From an uncultured delta proteobacterium (lineage in GTDB: Bacteria; Myxococcota_A; Polyangia; Polyangiales; B10-G4): 64,000 nt of DNA. Position 1 is the stretch's first letter, and the number at the start of each line of letters is the position of its first letter. The notes below the pieces were generated by a model that was not told where the DNA came from, did no database searches, and saw only the letters and a program-made list of their open reading frames with translations. Shown here piece after piece: positions 11,471 through 21,434 of the stretch. The DNA lies in NCBI GenBank assembly GCA_963727445.1, contig CAVSGI010000010.1:192001-256000 (forward strand), in the 5' to 3' direction. A program made the position numbers and the translations under genes.

Positions 11471-12247
11471 TCAATCCTTCGAAGGGAGGACTTTCTCCAT
11501 CGGCTCGGCCACGTACGCTTTCTTGTCGTCGTCGTAGTCCACCAGGAGAACTTCATCGCCGCTCTCGAGGTCCTCTTCGACCGCAACGCGAATCAAGAGC
11601 CCCTGTTCACCCTTCGCCGGCTCCTTGAGGCGGATCTGAGCGCTCTTGCCCTTCTGAGCGCCGATGCGCACGACCCCCACACGGCCGACCAGGTGACGCT
11701 TGCCGGGCGCGAAGTCCTGCTTGAAGAGCGCGCCCAGGGGCTTGGTGAGCGTGGACGTGATCGGGACCGACGCGATCAATGCGGCGAGGCTCACGAGGCT
11801 CCCACCGAGGGCGCCGGGGCCGGGGATCAACGGCATGGCGTAGCGCGCGCCAAAGTAGGTGAACAGCCAGGAAAAGAGGAAGAGCACGCTGAACGTGATC
11901 GAGAGAGGGGCGTTGCGGAGCCTCAGAAAGCCGAGGACGCTCAACACGGCGTCGAGGGCACCACCCGATGACGTATCGCCATGGGCGTGCCCATGCGACG
12001 CGTCGACGTCGACGTCGGCGTCTCCGTCTCCCACGTCTCCCGCATCGGCGTGGTCGACGTGCGCGTCGGCCGAGTCCACGTGTCCGAAGTCATCCCCGGC
12101 GTCGCCGAGGTCCGCGTCCGAGTCCCCGTGGTCCCCAGCGAGCCCGACCAGGCTGATCATCCAATAGCCGAGGGAGACCAGGACCAAGACCGTGTACACG
12201 ACGGTCGGAAACGACGTCGCTATCGCGAGAAACTCCTCCAAGACCAC
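11471..12247 (-). CDS. YqiJ/DUF1449-like (NfeD-type) membrane protein with C-terminal OB-fold
   Basis: GTG start at 12247; FPTVVYTVLVLVSLGYW TM, His/Asp-rich loop, PLSITFSVL TMs, C-terminal LVGRVGVV...GDEVLLVDYD; near the flotillin gene. Confidence 0.75.
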   Translation of the reverse strand: MVLEEFLAIATSFPTVVYTVLVLVSLGYWMISLVGLAGDHGDSDADLGDAGDDFGHVDSADAHVDHADAGDVGDGDADVDVDASHGHAHGDTSSGGALDAVLSVLGFLRLRNAPLSITFSVLFLFSWLFTYFGARYAMPLIPGPGALGGSLVSLAALIASVPITSTLTKPLGALFKQDFAPGKRHLVGRVGVVRIGAQKGKSAQIRLKEPAKGEQGLLIRVAVEEDLESGDEVLLVDYDDDKKAYVAEPMEKVLPSKD

Positions 12248-12326
12248 CCGAGCCTCGCACGGGGCTCCTGGCTTGAGAAGGCGCACCCGCTGGCGCTTTG
12301 TCGCTGGGGGCACTACAAAGGCCCTC

Positions 12327-12842
12327 ATGAAGCGCCCTCTCGCTCTCGCGCTGCTCTGTGCGCTCCTCGCCGCGCCGGTCGTGGCGGTCGCGCAGGAGCA
12401 TGGCCAGGGCCAGCCGGTCGCCCCCGCTGCGGATCCCGAGGTCGAGGCCACCGCGCGCGCCCTCGAGGGCCGCATCAAGTCCCCCTGCTGCTGGAACCAG
12501 ACGCTGGACATCCACGGCTCGCCGATCAGCCAGGAGCTCAAGGCCGAGATCCGGACGCGGCTCATGCGGGGCGAGACCCCGGCGGCGATCGAAGCGTCCT
12601 TCGTCGATCGCTACGGCGAGCGCATTCTCGCGGTCCCGCCCGACAGCCCCCTCGGCAGCTTCGCGCTGGGCGCGCTCGCGATGGCCTTCCTCGCGGGCAT
12701 CGGCGTCTTCTTCCTCGGCAAGAAGTGGAAGGGCGGATCCGGGGGCGATTCCCCGGGCGACGATGACGACGCTGGCGACGGCGACGCCGCCGAGGACGCC
12801 GAGTACGACGCCCGCCTCGACGCCGAGCTCGAAGAAGCCTGA
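12327..12842 (+). CDS. ccmH: Cytochrome c-type biogenesis protein CcmH/CycL/NrfF family
   Basis: Signal peptide, IKSPCCWNQTLDIHGS, EIRTRL..G....I...FVDRYGERILAVP, C-terminal TM. Confidence 0.75.
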   Translation: MKRPLALALLCALLAAPVVAVAQEHGQGQPVAPAADPEVEATARALEGRIKSPCCWNQTLDIHGSPISQELKAEIRTRLMRGETPAAIEASFVDRYGERILAVPPDSPLGSFALGALAMAFLAGIGVFFLGKKWKGGSGGDSPGDDDDAGDGDAAEDAEYDARLDAELEEA

Positions 12843-12856
12843 GCACCTTTCGAAAC

Positions 12857-13921
12857 GTGGCTCCTCTGCCCAAGGTCGTCTTCCGCACCCTCCACGATGC
12901 GGACGCGCGCATCACGAAGGCGCGCCGCGCCCTCGAGCGTGAGCTCGGCATCGACAGGCCCTACCGACTCGTTCCCTATCGCGGCTTCGGGACAGCGGAG
13001 CACGCCGTCGTGAAAGCGCGGGTGATCGAGGATCGCGGCACGGTCGAGCGCAATCTGTCCCGCGGGATCGTCGGCGGAGCCGTCGCGTCCTTCGTGCGCT
13101 TTCACACCGCGGAGGTGCCCGGTGTCGCCGTCGAGGCGACCTGGGGCGAAGCGCGGGGCACGGGGTCGAGCGGCCCCGAGGGTTTCGTCGAGATCGGGAT
13201 CACACCGCCGCCCGGCGCCGCGCCTGGATGGCACGAGGTGGCGCTGTCGCTCGCGGACGGAGAGACGGGTGATCCCGTGTCGGCGCAGGTGCTGCTGGTG
13301 GGCGAGGACGCGAGCTACGGCGTGATCAGCGACATCGACGACACGGTGATCGTGACCGGAGTTCGGAACATGGCCAAGCGCGCCTGGGCGCTCTTCATGG
13401 CGGAGGCCTCCGAGCGTCGGCCCTTCGACGGCGTCGCGAAGCTCTACGGCGCGCTGTCGCGGGGAAAGGGGGACGACGGCCCGACGAACCCGATCTTCTA
13501 CGTCTCGTCGAGCCCCTGGAACCTCTACGAGCACCTCGACCACTTCCTCGACGAGCACGGCATCCCGCCCGGCCCGATCCTGCTTCGTGATTGGGGTCTC
13601 ACGCGCGAAGGCTTCGCCCCCGGCGGCGGACACGGTCACAAACGCAAGAAGATGAAGGCGGTCCTCGACGCCTTTCCGAAGCTTCCCTTCGTGCTCATCG
13701 GCGACAGCGGTCAGGAGGACGCCGAGCACTACCTCTCGCTCGTCGAGGAGTACGGCGAGCACATTCGCGTGGTCTACATCCGGACCGTGCCCAGCAAGGC
13801 CGGGCGCGAAGCGGAGCTCGCGCGCATCGGCGAGCGGATGCACGCGCTCGGCAGCGAGCTGGTCGTCTTCGAGACCTCGGAGGATCTCGCGCGCGACGCC
13901 GAAGCACGCGGGCTCATCTGA
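12857..13921 (+). CDS. App1/DUF2183 family phosphatidate phosphatase (HAD-like)
   Basis: ISDIDDT, FYVSSSPWNLY, LIGDSGQEDAEHY motifs. Confidence 0.85.
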   Translation: MAPLPKVVFRTLHDADARITKARRALERELGIDRPYRLVPYRGFGTAEHAVVKARVIEDRGTVERNLSRGIVGGAVASFVRFHTAEVPGVAVEATWGEARGTGSSGPEGFVEIGITPPPGAAPGWHEVALSLADGETGDPVSAQVLLVGEDASYGVISDIDDTVIVTGVRNMAKRAWALFMAEASERRPFDGVAKLYGALSRGKGDDGPTNPIFYVSSSPWNLYEHLDHFLDEHGIPPGPILLRDWGLTREGFAPGGGHGHKRKKMKAVLDAFPKLPFVLIGDSGQEDAEHYLSLVEEYGEHIRVVYIRTVPSKAGREAELARIGERMHALGSELVVFETSEDLARDAEARGLI

Positions 13922-13925
13922 AGCT

Positions 13926-15038
13926 TCAAGGAAGGAAGCCGTCAGGGTCTCGTAGCTTGCGCGGCAGGTACTCGTCCATGACGTAGTTGAGCCCCCACTT
14001 GGCCAGGGCCTGCTGCTCGGCGCGCACGCCCAGCTTCAACAGATCCTCGATCGCCGCGACCCACGCGGGGTGCGCCGCGAAGAACGGATCGTTCGCCAGC
14101 GCGTCTTCCGCGCGCTTGATGTCCGTCTTCTCGAGGGGGTGGGTGGCGTCCATCAAATCGAACTCGCGAATGTCTGCCGGCGTCACGCCCAGGTAGCGCG
14201 CCGCCGGCACGGAGTAGAGCTCGCTCGCGTGGGCGGCGTTGCCCGAGCCCGCCTTGAGGGTGCGGTAGATGTTGGCGAAGCCGTAGGGGTCACAGTCGGT
14301 GAAGCAGTAGATGGGGAGCCCGAGCGACTCGTTCAGTCGGCGGACGAACTTGCGCGTGGCTCGCGTGGGGACGCCGCCCATCTCGACCAGGATGCACGGC
14401 ACGCGCTCCCAGAAGCGGTGCGAGGCGAGGCGCTGGAACATGCCGCCGGTCTCGATCACCAGCACCAGCTCCGCGTCGCTCTCGAAGGTGAGCGGCTCGG
14501 CGTCGCGGGGAACGGTGTAGGCGCCGCGGCCGAGGCGGCTCGCGTCGATGCGCAGCTCCTCGCCCTCCTCGGTCTGGTCGATGATGGTCAACAGTCCCGC
14601 GACGCTGCCGCCGTGTGACTCGGGGAAGAAGCCGAGCGCCTCCCGCGTGATGCCATCTTGCGACGCGAGCGCTTCGATGTCGGCGAGGATGGTGTCGGAG
14701 GCGGACTGGTCGTCGAAGCGGCAATCGCCCCAGGCCTTCGCCACGTAGTACGCCTCTCGCTTCGTCGCGAAGTCGCCGCTGATGACGAGCTCGCGCGACA
14801 GCGCCAGCATCTTCAGGGTCTGCGCGAAGGTCCGCGCGGTCCGGACGCCCAGGCCCCGACGCTTCTTCTTGTTGCCGATCATGAAGTGGCCGCGCGTCCG
14901 GTCGAAGCGCACGTTCGACAGGCTTCGCGAGGGGATCATCAGCTCCGGGAGCTCGCCCGCCTCGATGCGCTCGAGCACTCCGCGCGCGACGCGCTCGATC
15001 GCCGCCTGCACCCGGGTGCGTGGGCCCTTCGCGCTCAT
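13926..15038 (-). CDS. top6A: DNA topoisomerase VI subunit A (Spo11-like)
   Basis: ATG at 15038 overlaps the top6B stop (ATGA); TKREAYY catalytic Tyr, TOPRIM VIETGG and DCDPYG, C-terminal AEQQAL. Confidence 0.92.
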   Translation of the reverse strand: MSAKGPRTRVQAAIERVARGVLERIEAGELPELMIPSRSLSNVRFDRTRGHFMIGNKKKRRGLGVRTARTFAQTLKMLALSRELVISGDFATKREAYYVAKAWGDCRFDDQSASDTILADIEALASQDGITREALGFFPESHGGSVAGLLTIIDQTEEGEELRIDASRLGRGAYTVPRDAEPLTFESDAELVLVIETGGMFQRLASHRFWERVPCILVEMGGVPTRATRKFVRRLNESLGLPIYCFTDCDPYGFANIYRTLKAGSGNAAHASELYSVPAARYLGVTPADIREFDLMDATHPLEKTDIKRAEDALANDPFFAAHPAWVAAIEDLLKLGVRAEQQALAKWGLNYVMDEYLPRKLRDPDGFLP

Positions 15039-16663
15039 GGCACCCTCCGGCTCTTCTGCATGAGATCGTCGATCTGCTGCTCGACCCTCTGCCGCTCGTC
15101 CGCCGACATGCCGAGGATCTCGCCCAGCGCTTCCGACACGTGCGGCAGGTAGCGCTCGATGGCCGTCCGCTTGGAGAGCTCCCGCGACAGGCGGCGCTCG
15201 CGCTTCAGGTGTGCGCCGAGCTCGCGCCCGCAGGTCTGGAGCGCGAGCTCGATCTCGCGCCGTATCTCCGGGTACTCGGCGATGGCGTCCTTCGATTCGC
15301 TGGTGAAGGGCACCCAGACCGAGGCGATGTGGATCAGAATCGTCATCGGCCCGACAGGAAGCGATCCACCCGATTGCTCGAGCCCGTAGCGCCGCCAGTT
15401 GAGCCCGCTGACGGCCGCGGTGGTGACGCAATGTCCCTGTTGATAGAGGAGCGGGACCCGGTTGGCGTAGCGGATCAAGCGGACCGGCTCGCGGGCGCGG
15501 CCCGCTTCTTCTTCGCCGACCTTCTTGAGGTGCCCGTCCTCGGTCACCACCACGTGCGGCGAGTCCTCGCGCCCATAGGCGAGGCCGACCTCCACCAGGA
15601 AGGGGTTGCCGCGGTAGACGGCGGGTGGTCGCGTCGCGATCGCGTAGAAGGCCGCCGGGAGCTCGCGGGTGAGGCCCTCGCGGATCGCGGTCGCACCGAT
15701 GGGGACGACGCAATCCGTCGGCGGCGCGCTGACCTTGGTCTCTTGGATGGCGCGATGGAGCGCCCGGGCCTTCACCTTGGCGATCCGCTTCGGGTAGGAC
15801 CGGTTCGACAGGCCCTTGCCAGCGCGATCGATGATCTCGCGTGCGCGCGTGCGCCCGACCTGACTGAACTCCCGCCTGAGGAACTGCTCGAGGTTCTTGG
15901 CCTCGGTCGACTTGAGCATCGTGATCAGGCGGCCGAGCTCCACGCCGTGGGGATGCGGCTTGATGCGCCTCGGGGTGGGGGGCTTCTTGTGGAGGCTCCT
16001 CGGAAACTCCACGACCGTGCCGTCGGGCTCCCTGAGCGTGATGGCCACGTGCGGGTTCGCCACCGAGGTGAGCTTCAGATAGAGGGCCACCGAGTGCTGG
16101 CCGTGCTGGTACTGCCCGTCCATCGCGATCTCGACGCGCGTGCCGTGCTTCCGATCCCATTCGACCTCGTGGCGGTCGTGGATCTCCGGGCGGTTCTTCC
16201 GCGTGTCGATGGAGACGAGCACCTCGTGAGCCGGCGACTTCGCGTCCGTGCGGCTGCGGATCCGCATCGGCTCGCCGGTGGTCATCTGCCCATACATCCC
16301 GGCCGCGCTGATCCCCATCCCCTGCTGTCCGCGCGACTGCGAGAGGCGATGGAACTTCGAGCCGTAGAGGAGCTTGCCGAAGATGCGCGCGATCTGATCT
16401 TCGACGATCCCGGGTCCGTTGTCCTCGACAGCGACCAGGTAGCGGTCGTCCGGACGCTTGTCGATCTCGACGATCACCTCCGGGAGCAGGCTCGCCTCCT
16501 CGCAGGCGTCGATGGCGTTGTCGACCGCCTCCTTGACCGTGGTCAAGAGCGCCCGTGCCGGCGAGTCGAATCCGAGCAGATGCCGATTCTTCGCGAAGAA
16601 CTCGGAGACCGAGATCGCGCGCTGCTCCGCGGCGAGGGTCTTGGCGTGCACGCGCGCAGACAT
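15035..16663 (-). CDS. top6B: DNA topoisomerase VI subunit B
   Basis: ISVSEFFAKNRHLLGFD, KEAVDNAIDA, EDNGPG, GKLLYGSKFH, SRGQQGMG (GHKL ATPase); H2TH; RYANRVPLLY, VPFTSESKDAI transducer motifs. Confidence 0.95.
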   Translation of the reverse strand: MSARVHAKTLAAEQRAISVSEFFAKNRHLLGFDSPARALLTTVKEAVDNAIDACEEASLLPEVIVEIDKRPDDRYLVAVEDNGPGIVEDQIARIFGKLLYGSKFHRLSQSRGQQGMGISAAGMYGQMTTGEPMRIRSRTDAKSPAHEVLVSIDTRKNRPEIHDRHEVEWDRKHGTRVEIAMDGQYQHGQHSVALYLKLTSVANPHVAITLREPDGTVVEFPRSLHKKPPTPRRIKPHPHGVELGRLITMLKSTEAKNLEQFLRREFSQVGRTRAREIIDRAGKGLSNRSYPKRIAKVKARALHRAIQETKVSAPPTDCVVPIGATAIREGLTRELPAAFYAIATRPPAVYRGNPFLVEVGLAYGREDSPHVVVTEDGHLKKVGEEEAGRAREPVRLIRYANRVPLLYQQGHCVTTAAVSGLNWRRYGLEQSGGSLPVGPMTILIHIASVWVPFTSESKDAIAEYPEIRREIELALQTCGRELGAHLKRERRLSRELSKRTAIERYLPHVSEALGEILGMSADERQRVEQQIDDLMQKSRRVP

Positions 16664-16722
16664 CGGGGCACTGCTACACGGCAGGGCGGAGGCGCGCAAC
16701 CGCCGTCAGCAGGGCCTGGCTG

Positions 16723-17871
16723 TCACCAGCCGGCGCAGTCGAAGGTCCGGAGGGTGCTGTCGGCGCTGCAGTAGCTCTCGTTCAGGAGGAGCCCGTAGGT
16801 CGAGTCCACGCCGGTGACCGGTGGGTGGTAGGACGCCCGGACCGTCTCGCAGATCGGATGGACGGTGCTGCCCCAGCCGCAGGCCCGCGGCGCCATGGCG
16901 GTGCCCCCCGTGCCGGTGCTGTTCACGGTGCCGAGCCCCGTCGCGAGGCCACAGAAGCTCTTCGAGCAGCGCTGGCCGCCGTCGTTGAAGGTCGAGATGT
17001 CGTGCCACATGCCGCAGTTCGCGTACAACGAGCAGACCGTGCACTCCATGGTCGCCTGGGCGTGGGTGCACGTGCGCCCGCTCCACGCGAGACATCGCAC
17101 CGACCAACCGTCGCGGGTCGCGACGAGATCCGTCCGCCCTGGTACCAACGCGCCGCCGGTGCAGGCGCCCGACATACCCGCGCAGGTGCCCCCCGTGCAC
17201 ATGTCTCCGGTGGTGCATGCGTCGCCGTCGTCGCACGAAGTCCCATCGGCCATGACGGTCGCCATGCACGATCCGTCGGTCGGGCTGCAGGTCCCCGTCG
17301 CGCAGGGGCCGTCCATCGCCGAGCAGTCCGTCGTCGCGCCTCCGCAGCTCCCCGCCGTGCACATGTCTCCGGTGGTGCATGCGTCGCCGTCATCGCACGC
17401 CGTCCCGTCGTCCATGGCGGTGGCCATGCAGGAGCCGTCGGCCGAGTCGCACATGCCGACCGCGCACGGCCCATCCATGGCCGAGCAGTCGATCGCGGTG
17501 CCCGCGCAGGTACCGCTCGTGCACACGTCGCTGGCGGTACAGGCATCCCCGTCGTCACAGCTCGTCCCGTCGGTCGCGGCCTGGGCGCTGCAGGAGCCGT
17601 CCGCCGGGTTGCAGACCCCGACCTGGCAGATGCCGTCCATCGCCGAGCAGTCCACGCCCTCGCAGAGCGGTGGGACGCTCGTATCGACGGCGCGGCTGTC
17701 GGTTCCGCCGCCATCGGAGGGCGTGGCGGTGTCCGGCCGGCCGCTGTCCAAGCCACCTCCCGAGTCTGTCCCGCCGTCGACGGGACCGATGCGGCGGCCG
17801 CTCGAGGCGCAGGCTGCGCTGAAGAGGAGGAGGGTGAGCAGGAAGCGCGTGGTGCGTGCACGCGAAATCAA
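16723..17871 (-). CDS. Cys-rich repeat lipoprotein
   Basis: TTG start after GAGGAGG; lipobox SAAC; three to four about 52-aa repeats DCSAMDGxC..G.C...DGSC....DGTxCDDGDACT..D.C. Confidence 0.75.
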   Translation of the reverse strand: MISRARTTRFLLTLLLFSAACASSGRRIGPVDGGTDSGGGLDSGRPDTATPSDGGGTDSRAVDTSVPPLCEGVDCSAMDGICQVGVCNPADGSCSAQAATDGTSCDDGDACTASDVCTSGTCAGTAIDCSAMDGPCAVGMCDSADGSCMATAMDDGTACDDGDACTTGDMCTAGSCGGATTDCSAMDGPCATGTCSPTDGSCMATVMADGTSCDDGDACTTGDMCTGGTCAGMSGACTGGALVPGRTDLVATRDGWSVRCLAWSGRTCTHAQATMECTVCSLYANCGMWHDISTFNDGGQRCSKSFCGLATGLGTVNSTGTGGTAMAPRACGWGSTVHPICETVRASYHPPVTGVDSTYGLLLNESYCSADSTLRTFDCAGW

Positions 17872-17958
17872 AGCGGGGGCCTCCTCACGAAGATACGCGA
17901 GAGAGGCGCACGGACCCAAACGCGAGGGCCTGCGCGGCAGGCGCGCGGCCGTACCGCC

Positions 17959-18225
17959 TCAGATCACGAGCAGGCCTTCGGCCTCGCACTCGTTGGCGAG
18001 GAAGCCGCTGGCCGGCACCGGCTCGATGCCCGCCTTGCGCGAGATCTTTCGGGCCGCCGCGCGGAGCTCCATCCGCGTCGGCACCTGGGTGGATGTGCGC
18101 TGCACCTGACAGCGAGCCTGGGCCAGCTTCCACGCGGCGCGTGCCAAGCTGCCCGATTCGCTCAACAGGCGCGTGTAGCCATCACGCGTTTCGTCGAGTC
18201 CTCGAAGCCATTCGATCGGATACAT
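17959..18225 (-). CDS. Small hypothetical protein (88 aa)
   Basis: ATG with GGAGGG RBS, plausible codon usage, fills the gap co-directionally with the downstream gene. Confidence 0.6.
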   Translation of the reverse strand: MYPIEWLRGLDETRDGYTRLLSESGSLARAAWKLAQARCQVQRTSTQVPTRMELRAAARKISRKAGIEPVPASGFLANECEAEGLLVI

Positions 18226-18486
18226 AGACGACCCTCCAATCGGTCGACCTCCCCAATCCTTTGAATCGCCCCGGCGAGGTCGCCTTGGCTTCCAGTTACG
18301 GGTCTGGGGGATCGGTGGTCAAAAAATGTGAAGAAGATGCCCATTGGACGATGCGACGGGCGTTTCGTTCCAAAGGCGGGTTGTGCCACTGGCACATACA
18401 TCGGACCCCCGGTTCACGGTGCCTCTGACGACGTCTCAGGAATTGCTGGGAAAACAGGTGGCACTGGGCTTGCTCTGAAGAGCGCC

Positions 18487-18987
18487 ATGCATCGTCGTTC
18501 CTGGTCTCTTGCGCTCCGCATCGCCCTCGTCGTCGCCCTCGTCAGCGTCCTGTCGGGGTGCTTCTGTGGCGACCCGAGCCTGCACGAGAGCCCCTTCCCC
18601 AACGATCCGTCTCCCACGTCGACCGCGCTTTGCGACGGGACTTTCACTCCCGAGCGCATCGAGATCCTCGACATGAACGACCGCAGCATCATCGACGAGG
18701 GCGGCACGCTGCACATCGCCTTCGGCGGGCAGGGCTCACAGATGGTCGGACTGTACGTGGCCGTCTACGGGGACGACATCCCCGACTGTCTCCCCACCGC
18801 GGTGCACCTCGATGGCTACGGCGACAACGCGGATGACTTCAACCTCGTGGACGGAGGCCCCCGCCGCGCCGAGACCGAGGCACCCATCTACTGGATCATG
18901 GACGGCCTCGAGACGCCGGGCCCCTCCACCATTTCGGTGACCATCGGGGACATGACCGTAGAACAGAGCGTCACCGTCGATTACTGA
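18487..18987 (+). CDS. Hypothetical lipoprotein
   Basis: MHRRSWSLALRIALVVALVSVLSGC lipoprotein signal; acidic beta-rich mature part. Confidence 0.65.
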   Translation: MHRRSWSLALRIALVVALVSVLSGCFCGDPSLHESPFPNDPSPTSTALCDGTFTPERIEILDMNDRSIIDEGGTLHIAFGGQGSQMVGLYVAVYGDDIPDCLPTAVHLDGYGDNADDFNLVDGGPRRAETEAPIYWIMDGLETPGPSTISVTIGDMTVEQSVTVDY

Positions 18988-19046
18988 GCGCCGAGCGCTC
19001 GGCCACCCTACCGGGCTCGCGCGCCATCGGTGCTACCATCGGCGCC

Positions 19047-20627
19047 GTGACCGTGTGTAGTCACTGTGGACTGACCCACTCGATGGATGGTGAGGTCTGT
19101 CCGATCACGCAGGATTCGTACGCAACCGCCGGGCTCTGCGGCATGACCATCGATCGCTACCACGTCGAGCAGTGGCTCGGCGGCGGCGGCTTCGGCGCGG
19201 TCTATCGGGCGCGCCACACGGTGATGGATCGGCCGGTTGCGCTGAAGGTGCTGCACGCGCGGATGCGCACCCAACCCGCGGCGGTGAAGCGCTTCTTCGG
19301 GGAGGCGAAGGCCGCGACGGCGATCGGGCATCCGGGGATCGTCCAGGTCTTCGATGCAGGTACGACCCCGGAGGGGCACGCGTTCCTGGCGATGGAGCTC
19401 GTCGATGGGTGCTCGCTCAAGGAGCTGCTCGAGGCGGGGCCGATCGCCCCCTCGCGAGGGCTTCGCATCATCATCGCCGTGCTCGACGCGCTCGCCGCCG
19501 CGCACCACGCCGGGATCATCCACCGGGACGTCAAGCCGGGGAACATCATGCTGGGCGGCACCGATCCGGGCGGACCTCGCAGAGACGACCGCGTGCGCCT
19601 CGTCGACTTCGGGGTGAGCAAGGCGCGCCAGACCCGCGACCCGGATGACATCACCCGCTCGGGCATGGCGATGGGGAGCCCCGGTTACGCCGCGCCGGAA
19701 CAGTACGTCTCGGCGAAGACCGCCGACGCGCGCTCCGACATCTACGGCGTGAGCGTGGTCCTCTACCAGCTCCTCACCGGGATGCTTCCCTTCGACGCCG
19801 AGAGCTACGAGCAGATGGTCGTGAAGGTCTGCAGCTCGGATCCGCGTCCGCTCGGACGGATGACGGATCAGGTGCCGCCGGCCCTCGCGGAGATCGTCGA
19901 CCGCGGCGTCGCGCGTCGCCCGGAGGCGCGGTGGCCGACGGCCGAGGACATGGTCGGCGCGCTCCGGCCATGGATCACTCGTCTCGAAGGCGCGACCGCG
20001 CCGACCCAGCTCGCGCCGAGCACGCCTCCACCGGCCATGAAGGGCTTCGACACCCTGAGTCGGGAGGACTCCTTCGTGGATGCGGAGCCAGATGGCGCGG
20101 CCTCCGCGGATGAGGCTGTCACCGTCCCCGACAATGCCCACGCGACGTCGCGACCTCCGCCCGCCGGTGCCGTGGTGGACGAGCCCGCGAAGAAGCGGAG
20201 TGGGGCGCTCCTCGCGCTCGGCGCGCTCCTGGTCCTACTCCTGCTCGTGGTCGGTGGTGGCGCCGCCTTCGTGATCACGCGCACGCCGGAGGAGGCCGCG
20301 CCCTCGCGCCTCGAGGCGCCCCCCGCGACCGTTCCGGTGGCGGCCGAGGCGGAACCGACGGTTCCCGTTCCCGTCGCCTCGGCTCCAGGGCCGAACGACG
20401 AAGCACAGGACGAGAGCACCGACGCGCAGGAGATCGTCCACGAAGAGGAGGGCGCCGAGGCGTCCGAGACCGGGGAGGCCGCTCCTGCGGAAACGACGCC
20501 CACGCCGATGATGCGCCGCAGGGTGCGGCGCTCCCGCATGGGAGCGCGCGCCAACGGTGGCGACGCCCAGATGAGTGCCATGCGCGAGTTCGGCTTCGAA
20601 GACATCGAACCGTTCGACCCCGATTGA
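19047..20627 (+). CDS. Hanks-type Ser/Thr protein kinase, membrane anchored
   Basis: GGGGFGAVY, VALKVL, HRDVKPGN, DFG, GSPGYAAPE, SDIYG; TM at about aa 388-412; N-terminal CSHC..CP. Confidence 0.95.
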   Translation: MTVCSHCGLTHSMDGEVCPITQDSYATAGLCGMTIDRYHVEQWLGGGGFGAVYRARHTVMDRPVALKVLHARMRTQPAAVKRFFGEAKAATAIGHPGIVQVFDAGTTPEGHAFLAMELVDGCSLKELLEAGPIAPSRGLRIIIAVLDALAAAHHAGIIHRDVKPGNIMLGGTDPGGPRRDDRVRLVDFGVSKARQTRDPDDITRSGMAMGSPGYAAPEQYVSAKTADARSDIYGVSVVLYQLLTGMLPFDAESYEQMVVKVCSSDPRPLGRMTDQVPPALAEIVDRGVARRPEARWPTAEDMVGALRPWITRLEGATAPTQLAPSTPPPAMKGFDTLSREDSFVDAEPDGAASADEAVTVPDNAHATSRPPPAGAVVDEPAKKRSGALLALGALLVLLLLVVGGGAAFVITRTPEEAAPSRLEAPPATVPVAAEAEPTVPVPVASAPGPNDEAQDESTDAQEIVHEEEGAEASETGEAAPAETTPTPMMRRRVRRSRMGARANGGDAQMSAMREFGFEDIEPFDPD

Positions 20628-20642
20628 GGTACCCTCGGGCAC

Positions 20643-21434
20643 GTGAGGTTCTGGCCCGCAGTCTCACTCGTCCTATCCGTCTTGCTCTCGTCGGCCGCGC
20701 CGCCTTCGTCGGCGTTCGCCCAGGGGGACGTCGAAGAGGCGCGCACCCACTACGAAGCGGGGCGCAGTTACTACGAGCAGCTCCGCTACCCGGAAGCCGC
20801 GCGCGAGTTCGAGGAGGCCTACCGGCTCTCGAATCGGCCGCATCTGCTCAAGAACGTGGCCGTGAGTCATCAGCACGCGCAGGCATGGCAGGACGCCATC
20901 GAGGCCTTCGAGCTCTATCTCGAGGAGGTCCCCGACGCGGACGACCGCGCCGAGATCGAGGAGCGGATCGCGCGGCTGCGTGAGCTCGCAGCGGAGGGCG
21001 CCGAGGAGGATCCACACCTCGGCGAGTCCAACGCCGATCGAGACCTGGTCGGGGAGACGGCGGAGGCGCCCGCGGCGGAGCCCGCCGGCGGGGGTGGCGG
21101 CTTTCCCACGGCCTCGGTGGTGACTTTGGGCGTCGGCGTCGCCATCGGCGTCGGCGCGCTCATCACGGGGCTGGTCTCTCACGGCATCTATCAGGATCTC
21201 GACGCGAGCTGCCCCATGGGCGCCTGCAATCCCGCGCGTCAGGCGGATGCCGACCGGGGGAAGACCATGGCCGTGACCTCGACGATCCTCACGGCTACGG
21301 CCGGCGCGGCGGCCATCGCCGCCATCATCCTCTTCTTCACCGTCGACCAGTCGAGCTCCGAATCCGACGAGGCGACCGCGCGCCTGACCTCGGGGCCAGG
21401 GGACGTCGGCGCAGGCATGGCGGTGACGTTCTGA
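20643..21434 (+). CDS. Secreted TPR protein with C-terminal hydrophobic segments
   Basis: Signal peptide AFA; ARTHYEAG...YPEAAREFEEAY...NVA...AIEAFELYL TPR pattern. Confidence 0.8.
   Translation: MRFWPAVSLVLSVLLSSAAPPSSAFAQGDVEEARTHYEAGRSYYEQLRYPEAAREFEEAYRLSNRPHLLKNVAVSHQHAQAWQDAIEAFELYLEEVPDADDRAEIEERIARLRELAAEGAEEDPHLGESNADRDLVGETAEAPAAEPAGGGGGFPTASVVTLGVGVAIGVGALITGLVSHGIYQDLDASCPMGACNPARQADADRGKTMAVTSTILTATAGAAAIAAIILFFTVDQSSSESDEATARLTSGPGDVGAGMAVTF

Noticed and set aside
13926..16160. 744-aa extended Top6A ORF or a Top6B-Top6A fusion
   Set aside because: The upstream part is an alternate frame of top6B; the real start is the ATG at 15038 overlapping the top6B stop.
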